Positions 11,886 to 24,488 of a stretch of DNA of 64,000 bases are shown here, in pieces; the first letter of the stretch is position 1; every line of letters starts with the position of its first letter. A program made the translations under genes and the position numbers. A model generated the notes under the pieces. It was not told the origin of the DNA and did not search any database. It saw only the letters and a list, made by a program, of their open reading frames with translations. Source of the DNA: Tubulanus polymorphus (Eukaryota; Animalia; Nemertea); NCBI RefSeq assembly GCF_964204645.1, contig NC_134033.1, forward strand, positions 13,090,655 to 13,154,654, written 5' to 3'.

Positions 11886-12789
11886 TCCCCAGTGAAGTCA
11901 TCGTATTGCCTAATGATTTCTCAAATGAAACAATGGTTTCTAATGAGACGCTTGGTCGATATCGAGTTATGAACTCATGTAAGGCGACTCTAGTCTGTCA
12001 TATCTAGTCTTAATCGGCCCGGTTTGAACCGATGACCTGTGGATTCTAAATCTTAGTTATTTGAGTTGTATTAAATGAACGTCAGTGGGATTTAAACTAA
12101 CAGTCTGTCCAGCTTGTGACAAAAGCTTATCCGTCATTTGTGAATATCTAACTTTGTCTCAGAACTAGGTGTCAGACATCATTGTGGAATTAACCTCGCG
12201 AACGTCTTCAGGTGAGATTCTCAGACAAAAACCTATCCATCAAAAATCTTTAATCTGTTCTTGTCTCGTAGATGTGACATCTTTCCGGGGAGAGGTGGAT
12301 TCCAGTTGACCCCCTCGACCTTGAGTTTTAATAACCGAACGTCTCATCAAGGTTATGAATAATCTGAGGTTGATACGATGATACACATATTCACGATGAA
12401 CCGAGTTCCCCGGGGTGCAAAGCATATTCGTAAAATCTGCGTTGCTACATAAAGATTTCAATCAGGCACATGATCGGGCATAAAATTCTGACATCAGATC
12501 TATTTGTATCCGCGTCGACAATGAGGAAATATCAGCGAATAAAACAATTTTAACTCGGCCTCACGAACGGATTTTATTTTCTCGACGGTGTCCAATATTG
12601 GGTGGAAGCTCATTTCCGAACACACATTTTCACGGCGCGTGAATCACCGATGTGGATGCTATCCGTAATAAAAACGTGGGTCAGCGAGTTTATCGCGCAA
12701 TATATTCGACGATTGTTATCATAATAATTCGGCAATTTTTTCGCCTTTCGACCGTCTTTATTGGAAGATGAATCACGGCTTGTGAGTGT

Positions 12790-13120
12790 GACTGGCACAC
12801 GCGCAGACGCACCGACTGACTGGTACACCGCTGTACTGGGGCACTGGGCCACTGACAGAGAGATGGACAGACAGGCACACTAGCATACCGGTAGACAAGA
12901 CTGGCACCAGACAGACTGGTGCAGACAACCGACAGACCGATGCACTGCCAGAAGGACAGACATACTGGCACGCTAGCACAGACAACAGACAGACTGATGC
13001 ACTGCCAGAAGGACAGACATACTGGCACACACGCAGACAACAGATGGACTGGTTTATAGATGAGAAGACTGACTTGGTCACATCAGCTGGCTACATGAGA
13101 CATATAGACAGACAGATGGA
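12790..13120. repeat. Low-complexity (GACA/GGCA)-rich degenerate repeat
   Basis: Repeated CAGACAGAC and ACTGGCAC blocks. Confidence 0.7.
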
Positions 13121-13129
13121 CACTCTGCG

Positions 13130-13325
13130 CATTATTATAAAATGCACCAAGTGATTCAGACACAGTTTGTTTCAGTCATTTAATCAAGTACAGCTCAGGG
13201 AGGTGACACAGACAGTAGTTTCTGTTTAGCCCGGTTCATCACATCCGCCCTTGGCAGTGATTCGAACCTGGTGGTGCCATCTGCAAAGGCATGAAACCTG
13301 ATATCCCTGCCTGCTCAGCTACAAA
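13130..13325 (-). mobile_element. tRNA-derived SINE-like element
   Basis: Minus strand: A-box-like GTAGCTGAGCAGG and B-box CAGGTTCGAATCAC about 50 nt apart. Confidence 0.5.
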
Positions 13326-13565
13326 TGTGAATTTTTGCAGATTCTTCCTTAATATTTTTATGATGATATAGATGTGTCTCGTCCGTGTGAGAGGAAGATT
13401 TTAGAGGCGGAGGGAGGGGTCGCAGGTGCATCCGATCATCGTAATACCACTTCACATATCGGAAATCTCTCATCTTGCCACATCCGGGTCGAAATTTAAC
13501 GCGACACTGTCACTGTCGTCTCTGCTGCTGCTGCTGCTGCCGCCACCTAAATACAGCTCTCAAAT

Positions 13566-13575
<10 letters not shown>

Positions 13576-13635
<60 letters not shown>
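13576..13635. repeat. (TA)n microsatellite preceded by (CA)n
   Basis: Seen directly. Confidence 0.97.
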
Positions 13636-13642
<7 letters not shown>

Positions 13643-14006
13643 TGCGTTGCACAGAGTGACTGATAGCTCTTTACGGAAAAACGCAATTTTCATGCATAGA
13701 TTACGAGACGATATCTGCCAATTTGCCGCCGCGAATTTGTATCAATTTGGCCGCACTTTTGTTTTTATTAGTAATACATGCAAAATCAGTTGTTGAAGTT
13801 GCGATGACGATTTCGCCGACGACGACGACGTCTGAGCGCGATTCGGTGAGTAGCGAGAGGAGTCGGTCCGCAGGATTTGCCTGCCAGTCGAGCTCGGTAA
13901 ATTGCTATACACGCTTGAGGCAGCTTCGATTTAATTGTGCGATTCACGTGCGTCCGTCCGCTGCCGCCGTCTGCGTCGAGCGTGTGATTCGACGTGGTCG
14001 TTTTTT

Positions 14007-14291
14007 CGGGGGCTGACCACATACCTGGAAATCGGGGAAAGGTCGAGGAATTTTCTTTTCCTTCAAAAAAAGTCGAGGATAGTCGGGAATTTTGTAAGAA
14101 AGCGAAAAAAGTCAGGGAAATTTGTTTAGATTGCTAGATCATGTAAACAAACATCATCAAACATTCCGTCTATGTCTTAAATATTTGACTCGGTTAATTG
14201 ATTGGATTCTTAGTCAAGTCAAGAAAAACAACGTTTACATGTCGGGGAATAGTCAGGGGAAAAAGCAAGTCGAACGAAAGTGGCCGCCCTG
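14007..14291. mobile_element. Non-autonomous DNA transposon family G (CAGG(G)TGGCCA...TGGCCRCCCTG ends, internal GTCAGGGAA repeats), hAT-like
   Basis: Collinear with 61007-61286 (TATTTGACT..GTTAATTGATTGGATTCTTA..TCAAGTC). Fragments near 8195 and 55775. Confidence 0.7.
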
Positions 14292-16772
14292 TTGTTTTTT
14301 ATAGCAGGTTTTTTTGGCTGACGTATGATTCTTGATCGTTTCTGGATATTTAACCTTCATTAAGCAAGGATGGAGCGAGGGTGAAAGAGTGACTATAGGA
14401 GTGAGAAGGAGAGATTTGAAGTGGAGCGAAATAATCCTTTCTGTTTCATATGTGCATAACCTTGTAAGGTTCTGCCACTTAAGACTGTCTTCTCACTTCC
14501 GACCTGATATCTAAGACGTTTAGACTAATACAAATTGCCCTTGAACTCGAATGATTTTATGACACCGCGATGACAAATACGAAGTCATCATCAACCTCTC
14601 GAATGTAATTCTACGCTCAGGTAGGCGAAGACGCGAAGGTCAATTGCGTCGGAGTGATATCTCGTTTTTAGAGATGTGGGTTGCGATAGTTGGAGTAATC
14701 GGACTGATTCTCCGAGGTTGATTGAACTGATGGAGAGCTACCCACGTATCCGACGCTGATCAATAGTGAGAAAACAGATGATCCTCCGTCTGGTGCAGAA
14801 AAGCGAAACAAAGATTCAAAACTTGCGAAGGGTTATTAAGTTGAGCTTATTCCAGTAGTTGGGAATTATATTCTGGATTTAATCAGCGGGGTATTTTGGT
14901 GCAAATGCTTCTCATGAGATTTGCGTCAGACAGATAGAATTTTTGAGTGCTTTATGATTTGAAGGCCCTTTAAAAAAATAGTATTTTGTATAGAAAAATA
15001 TAAAAAGGCAATTTCTATATAAAGTAAGGCACAATTTTGGTGGAAATTAAAAAATGGGGTCAAAAGGGCAATGCCTGAATGGCCTTCTTTTATTGATTTG
15101 CCCTACGCATATTAGTTAAGAGCGTCAGATCTTGCCCCCATCCCCCTCCACCACACCTCCCCCCGGCCGGGTCTATCTCTGCCGTTAAAAGTCACGTAAA
15201 GGTCTGGAATATTTTCATCAACCGCCCAGCGCGAATACCGCCATTATAGAGCGAGCTCCTGCGTGTAACATGTGGGCGAGATAATCTAATAATATCATTT
15301 GGCCCACTTATTATCGTCGTGCCTCAGGAGACCTTGAAAACAATCGCTGATTGCCACTGGTCGAATTATCAACCCTGATTACGTCAAAACTTGTGATTTA
15401 TCGGCGTGGTCTCAAGAGCCAGGGCCATCGACACGACACAATAACCATTTTTCAGGCGGAGATGAAAATGCGTGTTCGTCGTCTAGCGAACACCGCGCGC
15501 AATTATTGCCGGCGATTAAATTAGCTCAAAAAAACACAGTGCAATCTCATCGGTTTGTCATAAATCTAGATAATTCCGCGTATATTAGCCATGCTTTGAA
15601 TTTTGAATGGCAATCACTGTTTACCGGGTGATGGGTTATATACTGGCAATGCTTCTGCGGCAAGCGGGGTTTGCAAGTGGTCGGTCTTCCGCGCTTCGAT
15701 TTATTCTTATTCTACATTTCAATTAAAATCGAATCAACTTTCAGAATTGTCTCTCTGAAATCGACCGGAAAAGTCAATTATATTTGTATTCGGGAGGATT
15801 GAAGTCTAGTTCAGAGTTGACTGAAAATGAACGTATTTCACTCGTGCACACCTATACAGTGGTTTAATCGTGTATTTTACCCTTGAGGTTGTTAATTACG
15901 CGCCGCTAAAAATCGAATTAAAACTTGAATTTTGTGCGTTGCCTGGTGCACTCTTTGCTCGCGGTCCCAAAACTGAATTCTTCTTTTTTAATTGCCTAAT
16001 TATTGCTACATGCGCAGAGCTAATCTCTGGCAATCACTTGCAACCGTTCAAAAAAGAAGATGTTTCCATCGGAAAATGCTGAAGATAGTTGGTTTTGGCT
16101 TGCGAAACTGCCTTCAGATATTCATACAACATATCTGGAAAAGTTAAGTGCATTTTTTCGCCTATACGAACTTAACCGTTTGGAGCCTTCACTTTTACGA
16201 TGAAACCGCGAAAAAAACCGATATTTTCCACGTATACATTTTGTTGTTTCGATGAAGCTTTTATATAAAGTGTCTGTGCCGTCCTGTATACCTGCAGACG
16301 GACAGGTGAAAACATATTCGTCGATAGCGTTGGCCTCGTGCGTACAGTCGAGGTAAAAACCAATCACGAAGGCTTTGGACAGGATTCGTCGGCCGACTAC
16401 GCCACAGTAATAGCCTCCAGTCTAAAAATATTCTACCATTCGTCGTCGTCATCGTCATCGTTGTGTCGTTTTATTTTTTCAACGCCGCCAATTATCGACG
16501 CGGATTCCTGGACAGATAAGAACCGCTTCGACTGAATGGCTAACGCTAAAATCAGGGCATTTCGGCTCCGACAACTGGGTCAAATGATTCGTACCAGAGT
16601 GAAAAGAAGCAGGATGACTTCAATTCGGACAATTAAAACTAGAGGCTTGAGATGATTAGTTCCATAACTAAAACTTAAGACCGGACTTAAGATCATAGAC
16701 CACTGTTTGGCCCTCTGTGCTGCTGGGCCCTGGGTTAAAGATGATACTAACTAAAACTCAGAATCATCATAC

Positions 16773-17306
16773 TTGAAAATGAGAAGGTCATCATTATAAC
16801 TAATCATAATTTTACTGAACCGTTGAAGTCATTGAAAATGAGAAGGTTGTCATTATAACTAATCATAATTTTACTGAACCGTTGAAGTCATTGAAAATGA
16901 GAAGGTTGTCATTATAACTAATCATAATTTTACTGAACCGTTGAAGTCATTGAAAATGAGAAGGTCGTCTTTATAACTAATCATAATTTTACTGAACTGT
17001 TGAAGTCATTGAAAATGAGAAGGTCGTCTTTATAACTAATCATAATTTTACTGAACCGTTGAAGTCATTGAAAATGAGAAGGTTGTCATTATAACTAATC
17101 ATAATTTTACTGAACTGTTGAAGTCATTGAAAATGAGAAGGTCGTCTTTATAACTAATCATAATTTTACTGAACCGTTGAAGTCATTGAAAATGAGAAGG
17201 TTGTCATTATAACTAATCATAATTTTACTGAACTGTTGAAGTCATTGAAATCGAGAAGGTTGTCATTATTACTAATCATAATTTTACTGAATCGTTGAAG
17301 TCACTG
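16773..17306. repeat. 59-bp AT-rich minisatellite x9
   Basis: Unit TTGAAAATGAGAAGGTTGTCATTATAACTAATCATAATTTTACTGAACCGTTGAAGTCA; register shifts 1 nt per 60-nt line. Confidence 0.97.
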
Positions 17307-18570
17307 AGACAGTTTTCCATCCCTGGTCCTCCTCCAAATCTGATAGATTTGATGTTTTTTCGTTCATATACATATATTTTGTATGTTGTCTATATTTTCA
17401 GGTAAGCACAAAGAACTTTTCATACCATTCTGTAGAACATCGGTACCAGGTAGGCCCATTACAGCCGCAAGGCTCAACAAACTAATTAATCCGTGCGTTC
17501 TTCCAAGTGAACTGTTTAGTTTTTATTCTTTGTCAACCCGTAAGCAGGCGCCGCTTGAGGTAGGCGACCCATCTGAACGTACTACATGTACTAGTAAGCA
17601 TTCTTTGAAAAAAATGCGGCCAGTCAGGGTTCGATTTCGTCAATATTCCAGTATAATTGAAATGAAACGAAGAATTCCTGATATCACCATTAGCTAATGT
17701 TTAGTTAAATTCGTTCCTGCGTTTTCTCGCGTAGAAATTGAAAAGCAAACTGATATACCAAACTTTGATGTGGCAGGATAATGACAAAGAAGGATCTCTT
17801 GCCTAGTAGAACATACTCTCTAGAATGGTATAAATCAAGCTTTGCCAGTCTTTTCGCACGATGTTGACAAAGGAGGATCTTGTATCCCTCGAACATTCTC
17901 TCAACAACTCTCTAGAACAACTCGCTAGAAATGTATAAGTTGCCAGTCTTATCGGACGTTAGTCTCCACTGCAGCTACTGGTGTTTGTTGCTCGCAGAAT
18001 CGTCGTCGTCGTTGTTTTTTTCTAAGCGACGGTCGACTTCATCACTCGTTTAGCGTCGAGAATCATACGTGTGGGAAATGAGAAAATTACGACAAATTGG
18101 ATTAGCCTTTTTGTCCGACTTTCTCTCTCGATTGAGCGTGTGCGCACACTCAGCGTGAGAGACTGATTTTTTTTCTGCTGCCCACTGGCGAACACAATCG
18201 ATCGCGCCGCCGTAATATAAGGCTAACAACCAGATGTGTGTGATGGCAAAACAACTTTGAGACCACGTCGTCGATAACTATCATATCCAGGGGCTAGTTA
18301 TATCATCGGCCGAGTTCATAACCTCGATGAAGAGGTACTCTGGACAGGCTCGAAATTATCGGTGTCAATTGGTTGAAATTTCTATAACATAACCACATCA
18401 AACCTAACCATAAAACAAGGTGGAACTGTGTGGCTTCAGTTTTGACTCGAATAACCATAATTCAATTGAATGAATCAATCTTTTACAAACTCGCCCTTTA
18501 CTGCCGGGAACGAAACAGGAGGTCAACTGAGATTAAATTCAGAACTTCCCCTCCTCTAAACATTTTCCAG

Positions 18571-18645
18571 GGGCTAGTTGCTCAAAAGTTGGCTACTGTT
18601 AACTAGTAGATAGTTGACATAATGACAATCGAAATTTCATTGTTC
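18571..18645. mobile_element. Truncated MITE family F (homologous to 49965-50094)
   Basis: CAG|GGGCTAGTTGCTCAAAAGTTGG...GATAGTTGACATA(A/G)TGACAAT(C/T)GAAA. Confidence 0.6.
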
Positions 18646-19490
18646 TTCCCCTCCTCTGAATGGCTGCTAGAACGATAGTTACGCGGTGAAGGAGACCGAG
18701 GATATATTATGGTGGAAAAGATTCACCTCCTACGACATTTTTTACTCATCAGTACACAAAGCCCAACGATCGAAACATAAACCCTGCTAAAACACATATA
18801 TAGATAGATATATATCTATATATGTATCAGTGATATTCTGAGAAGATCAGGAATAGTTTCTTTCATGTCTCTACGCAGCAGATAAAGAACCCAGGAGAAG
18901 AGAGAGAGAGATGGAGAGGGAGTTTGTCCGGGTTCGATCGATAATGTCCATCATCTCGACATTCGTATCTCGCGAAGTGTCGCCGGGGGTCAATCCCGTT
19001 CGAATGAGAAACTGGCCACTGGTTGTCTTCGGTCGACGTTTGAAGCAATTAACCCGATGGTTTTCTGCGGGTCTCGTAATTTTCCGAAGCCTAAGATGTG
19101 TGTTTACGCGAGTCTTCCGGCGAAGTCACTCGAAATCTCGTTCGTCTGCGAAAAAGATATCTCAAAAATGTCGATAGTACATCAAATTTTTATTTCAATT
19201 ATTTACTGACGTCAGACATCGAGCAAATCTATAGAATCATAGTTTCAGACTGATTTTATGTAACAAATCGGTCACTGTTTGGATCAATGTGAATATTCTT
19301 CAGTTACCAATAAGTTCATAGACGGTTAAAATCAGCTGCTTAACAAGAAAGTAACATACAGTAAATCATCAGTTCACTTGTTGTTTGTTTTTTTTTTTTT
19401 AAATGAATTGTAGCATGAAGCCATGTTTAAGGTGAAACTCGAGGGTCTTAATCGTCATTTGGACAAAATTTGTATCAATTTGAATAGTAG

Positions 19491-19622
19491 GGGCCCAGTT
19501 CCATAGTCATGGCTTAGGCTTAAGACCAATTTAAGACCGTCTAGTTCTATAACCAATCTTACAACTTAAGACCAGCCTAAAAATTTATTTTTGGACTTAA
19601 GTCTCAACTAAGGAACCGGCCC
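19491..19622. mobile_element. MITE family A copy
   Basis: GGGCCCAGTTCCATAGTCATGGCTTAGGCTTAAGACC...AGGAACCGGCCC. Confidence 0.8.
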
Positions 19623-20000
19623 CGGACTGTGTTTTACAAGAAAGTTACTTAGTACCATCAGTTCAATGATAAGAATGTCCATCACTGCATATTTGTGTTT
19701 TCAGATTCTAATTCGGAATAATCGCAGATGTTTTTAATTTCGAATGCAGGATCTGAAAAAGCTGGTTTTCATGAATCTCTCGTTTGAGTTAATCGCGATG
19801 ATTTCGAGGTTTTATTAGCCGTCAATTTACACGCGGTAATTCAGATGTTCGTAATAAAGAAACGACCTATTCGAACTGGAGATTGTAATTTTCTCTCGAT
19901 TCTGGCGTAAATCCAAGTATCGTATCGTAGAATGCGTTTTAGGCAGTCATTCATTCCAGAGTTGAGTTGTCAGAGTTTATTTCAGTGAAATGAAAGCTTG

Positions 20001-20291
<291 letters not shown>

Positions 20292-20589
20292 GGTTATGGT
20301 ATAGTAGTGCGTAATCCTCTGATTCCTGGCTCTCAACGCTGTGTTTGTTTTAGGATGAATTATTACTTTCAATGATCAAGCGAGTGTTCTCGATGTATTC
20401 ATTGGAAAAACAAACAGCTCTCCTCGTCTCAGCGAGATTGATGCTCCTAGCTCTTAGCTTCCAGCTCTACTCGCCCGGGAAATTGCCGGATTCTATGTAT
20501 TTCATTTCTTCATTCAACTCTTCAGATGATGTTATCATTTGAGAGGCTTTACAAGAGATAAAAGCAGCATCTACCAAGTGTAGATAAAG

Positions 20590-21420
20590 TTTCTGTAGTT
20601 ATGGGTTTAATTCGAATCTCCAGTTCCACAGTTGTGCAGGTTTAATTTAACTGGATCCAGTTAAACACAGTTGTAAGGTTTATTCTGACACTCTAGATCC
20701 AGTTCCGCAGTTGTGTGGGTTTGAAACAACACTCTGGACCCAGTTTCACAGTTGCGTAGGTTTAACTTGACACACTTGATCCAGTTCCACAGTTGCGTGG
20801 GTTTAATTTGATACTGGACCCAGTTCCACAGTTGCGTAGGTTTAACTTGACACTCTTGATCCAGTTCCACAGTTGCGTGGGTTTAATTAGATCCTGGACC
20901 CAGTTCCACAGTTGCGTGGGTTTAATTTGATACTGGACCCAGTTCCACAGTTGTGTGGGTTTAACTTGGCACTCTTGACCCAGTTCCACAGTTGCGTGGG
21001 TTTAATTTGATACTGGACCCAGTTCCACAGTTGTGTGGGTTTAACTTGGCACTCTTGACCCAGTTCCACAGTTGCGTGGGTTTAATTTGATACTGGACCC
21101 AGTTCCACAGTTGTGTGGGTTTAACTTGGCACTCTTGATCCAGTTCCACAGTTGCGTGGGTTTATTTTGATACTGGACCCAGTTCCACAGTTGTGTGGGT
21201 TTAACTTGGCACTCTTGACCCAGTTCCACAGTTGCGTGGGTTTATTTTGATACTGGACCCAGTTCCACAGTTGTGTGGGTTTAACTTGGCACTCTTGACC
21301 CAGTTCCACAGTTGCGTGGGTTTATTTTGATACTGGACCCAGTTCCACAGTTGTGTGGGTTTAATTTGATACTGGACCCAGTTCCACAGTTGCGTGGGTT
21401 TCATGCGTCACTCTGGGTCA
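20590..21420. repeat. ~40-bp minisatellite with 80-bp (39+41) higher-order structure
   Basis: CAGTTCCACAGTTG(C/T)GTGGGTTTAA core; ORF-track hits recur every 80 nt. Confidence 0.97.
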
Positions 21421-22572
21421 GGTTTCCTGATTAATCAGCTGGATTTAATCAGAATAGATAAATGTAGGGTATAAATTCATTTGATATTGTCGCCAATTAA
21501 AGTTGTGTAAAAAAAAACCAAACTTTGCAACGTGAACAACTTTACGTCGATTATCCGCGATTCTAGTGACATTCAAACAGATTCGCGGAAAACTTCAATT
21601 CGCTCGTAATTTTAATTGGCGTCTTTGGATAACCATAAATTCTACGTAAGTGGTCTTACGATATTCCGGCGGTTGAATTGAAAAACGCTACAGGCGACCG
21701 ACCGTATTCAGTTTCCAGCCGTTCCCCCTGAAGACAGTTGAAGTGCAATTAGGCACCGACGACAACAGATCTTATTAACATGTTTGTTAATTGAAACGGC
21801 AATGTCTCGATATTGCTTTGTCTATCCCGACGACAGCGGCGGCGGGCTGCCTGTTGTTATTCGACTGATTTGTTTAATAATCCACGCTAGGTTGCTCCTC
21901 CGCCGCCTTCTCCCGCCCCCTCCAGCACCGCTGATGACGTCAGGAAGAAGAATTCTTCTCATTTTACGTTAATTAATATGCATGGTTTAGATTTCTCGAT
22001 GTTCTAATGACGCTCCCTGTAGTAGTAAAGGACGTTTACACAATGTAATGGATAATTATGAAACGTTAACCCTTGCGTAACCATAGATTTGGGTAAAAAT
22101 CTGAATTTTGGCTCGGACTGACTGTTTAACTCAGGTTTGATTTTACCAGTTGTTAAAGAAAGGGAATCTAAGTTGTTAGATTGTTAGATTGGTTATAAAA
22201 CCTAGATGGCCTTGGCATGATCATGTTCTGATCGATTACAGACACAAAATGAGCTTCAATTTGTCTAAAAAGTTGCTATGAAATGGAAATGGGTTAAAGC
22301 GTGTCTTCAATACAGAATCGGGGCCTGATGATTTACAATTTAATGTTTTATAAATCTCGGTCCTTGAAAATTCAATATTTCCGAAGTGTGCTCGCGCGTT
22401 TTATAGTAAAGCGACTAAATTCGCGTTTTTGTCATTGATCGATGACGGCGAGGTTCGCGCGGTGAAATCGTTCAAATAAATCACCATTCCGAATCAATGA
22501 TCAGTTTGTATTTGATTTGACAGTTTTTGCATTCGTTCGTTGTTCGCGTACACACGACGAGAGGAGAACGCT

Positions 22573-23064
22573 AAGCCGCAATCACGAATCGAACGTTTTC
22601 GGTCCGCGCTACAGATAGATAGACGCGACCTGTCCGCACTGGGTCTGTACTCGTTTCACAACGGCCAAATAAGGCACGAACACTTAAGTTGCGCTTCTGG
22701 AAGTGACTCACTTCACTTGCTACAGCATTGTTATGATAGATTTCTAAGCAGAGATCAGACAAGCATTGTTTGCCTGGAACTTTGCCGAATGGGCCGCGTT
22801 CAAAAACATTGGATCAGGCCGAATTTTAGTACAGGTAGAACTGGTTCAGGAAGTGACTTACTTCGATTTAAGCATTGTTTAGTATCGAGTGAGTGGTTTA
22901 CGTGTGAACACGCTCTCTAATTCGGCACGGGTGAAACTTGACTCAAAGTTCAATTGTCTCCTCCGGCTTAGAGATGTACATGTGAACGCACTAGAAATTA
23001 CGCGCAGACCAAATTTGACTAAAATTTGACCTCGGGCCAAATCGTCTCCATATTGTTGCGGCTT
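22573..23064. mobile_element. Longer degenerate family C element; related fragments at ~24140-24300, 25327-25680, 28820-29130, 49270-49370, 62175-62420
   Basis: Shared blocks GAAGTGACTCACTTC, GAACACGCTCTCTAATT and GGGCCAAATCGTCTCC. Confidence 0.55.
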
Positions 23065-24403
23065 TTATATTGCGTGTTCATTATGGGTTTGAAAGGCCTT
23101 GTCCGCCTCTACATTTCTTTTCCGAACTGCTAGCCCTACCCCTTTTATTTCACACCGCCCCACTAAAACCTACATGATCATAATAGTAATTTCACCTTAT
23201 TCTCACGCAAAAATCCCTAAAGTTGGATCGTTATTACTAATATCCTGATTTTCGTTAATTATTTGATCCTCCACCCACGAGGAGTATGTTTACATAAAGA
23301 GAATAATCCGACAGATCATACGGGATGGGCTTACCTCCGGGTGGGGACGCATACTTATAAAAGTATGGTACCCGCGGGCGATTTTCTTCGAAGTTATTCG
23401 ATATTACTACCTATAAATATGTAAATATATAAATCCTCGATCGGTTTTATATAAGCCGATTATCGTCCGAACTGAAAGATTAATTCCGTGTGTCGGTGGT
23501 GACCAACCGGTCGATACACCAACCGTTGTTTAATTAATATCCGAACATTCTATTTTTGTAACTTCTTACGCGGCGAAATTTACCCCTGAAAAACTTTGTA
23601 TGGATAAGAATCATGAACTAATCTTCGATCGTAGAGCGTGGCACGCTTGTGTTTTGTTCGGTTTGAAGATTATTTCTACCAGGTTGTGATATCGGTGATT
23701 TCGTTTTTGTAAAAATACACCCACGTCTACTGTTGAGTTCGGGATTTAGCATTTTTTTGTGATCCTTTGCATGGGATATTTTGTGAATGAGAATCTGAAA
23801 TTGGGTTTCATAAGCCGATATTTTCTTTGAAAGCAATATTTTACGGTTTCTGGCATCTTTACAATTTTCGATACGAGGTTTAGTTAAGTTTTGATCGTTT
23901 GACGTGAGATTTTTGTCAACTTTACAATCCCTGGATGTATCACCAACCAAGTCATATTCTTTAAGCTCCTACTGTAAGATGTAAAAATTGTATCCTCAGT
24001 AAAAACAACAGTTCTTCTTACTTGAACGCATTTTCCAAAAAGTGATGATACTACGATGACACAAGCAATCTCAAGCAGCGTTCAGGCATACATGAGTCAA
24101 ATGAAATGAACAAATGAGTCAAATTCTACTCTTTAGAAAACCTCTATCAAAATGATGCTGTTGCAAGCGAGGTGATTAGTTCTAACATGGAATAATTTGA
24201 TCCGTGCTAAAATCTGGCATGGGCCTGGTCCAACTGTAGAGCCAAATTGGCCAGTGTCGAACCCAGTTGGAATCGCTGCACTAATATGGCCCCGGTCATT
24301 CTACAACTAGCTCAGAAAGGAAAGGTATTTAACACAACGGCATAGGATACCTTAGTACCTGTTCACAGTTAGTAAGTCAGTGAGTGATGATTCTAGCTGT
24401 GAG

Positions 24404-24488
24404 TTTAGAGAGAGAGAGTTAGAAAGAGAGACAGTTAGAAAGAGAGAGAGAGTTAGAGAGAGAGAGTTAGAAAGAGAGAGAGAGTTAG
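24404..24488. repeat. (AG)n/GTTAGAA compound repeat
   Basis: Seen directly. Confidence 0.85.
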
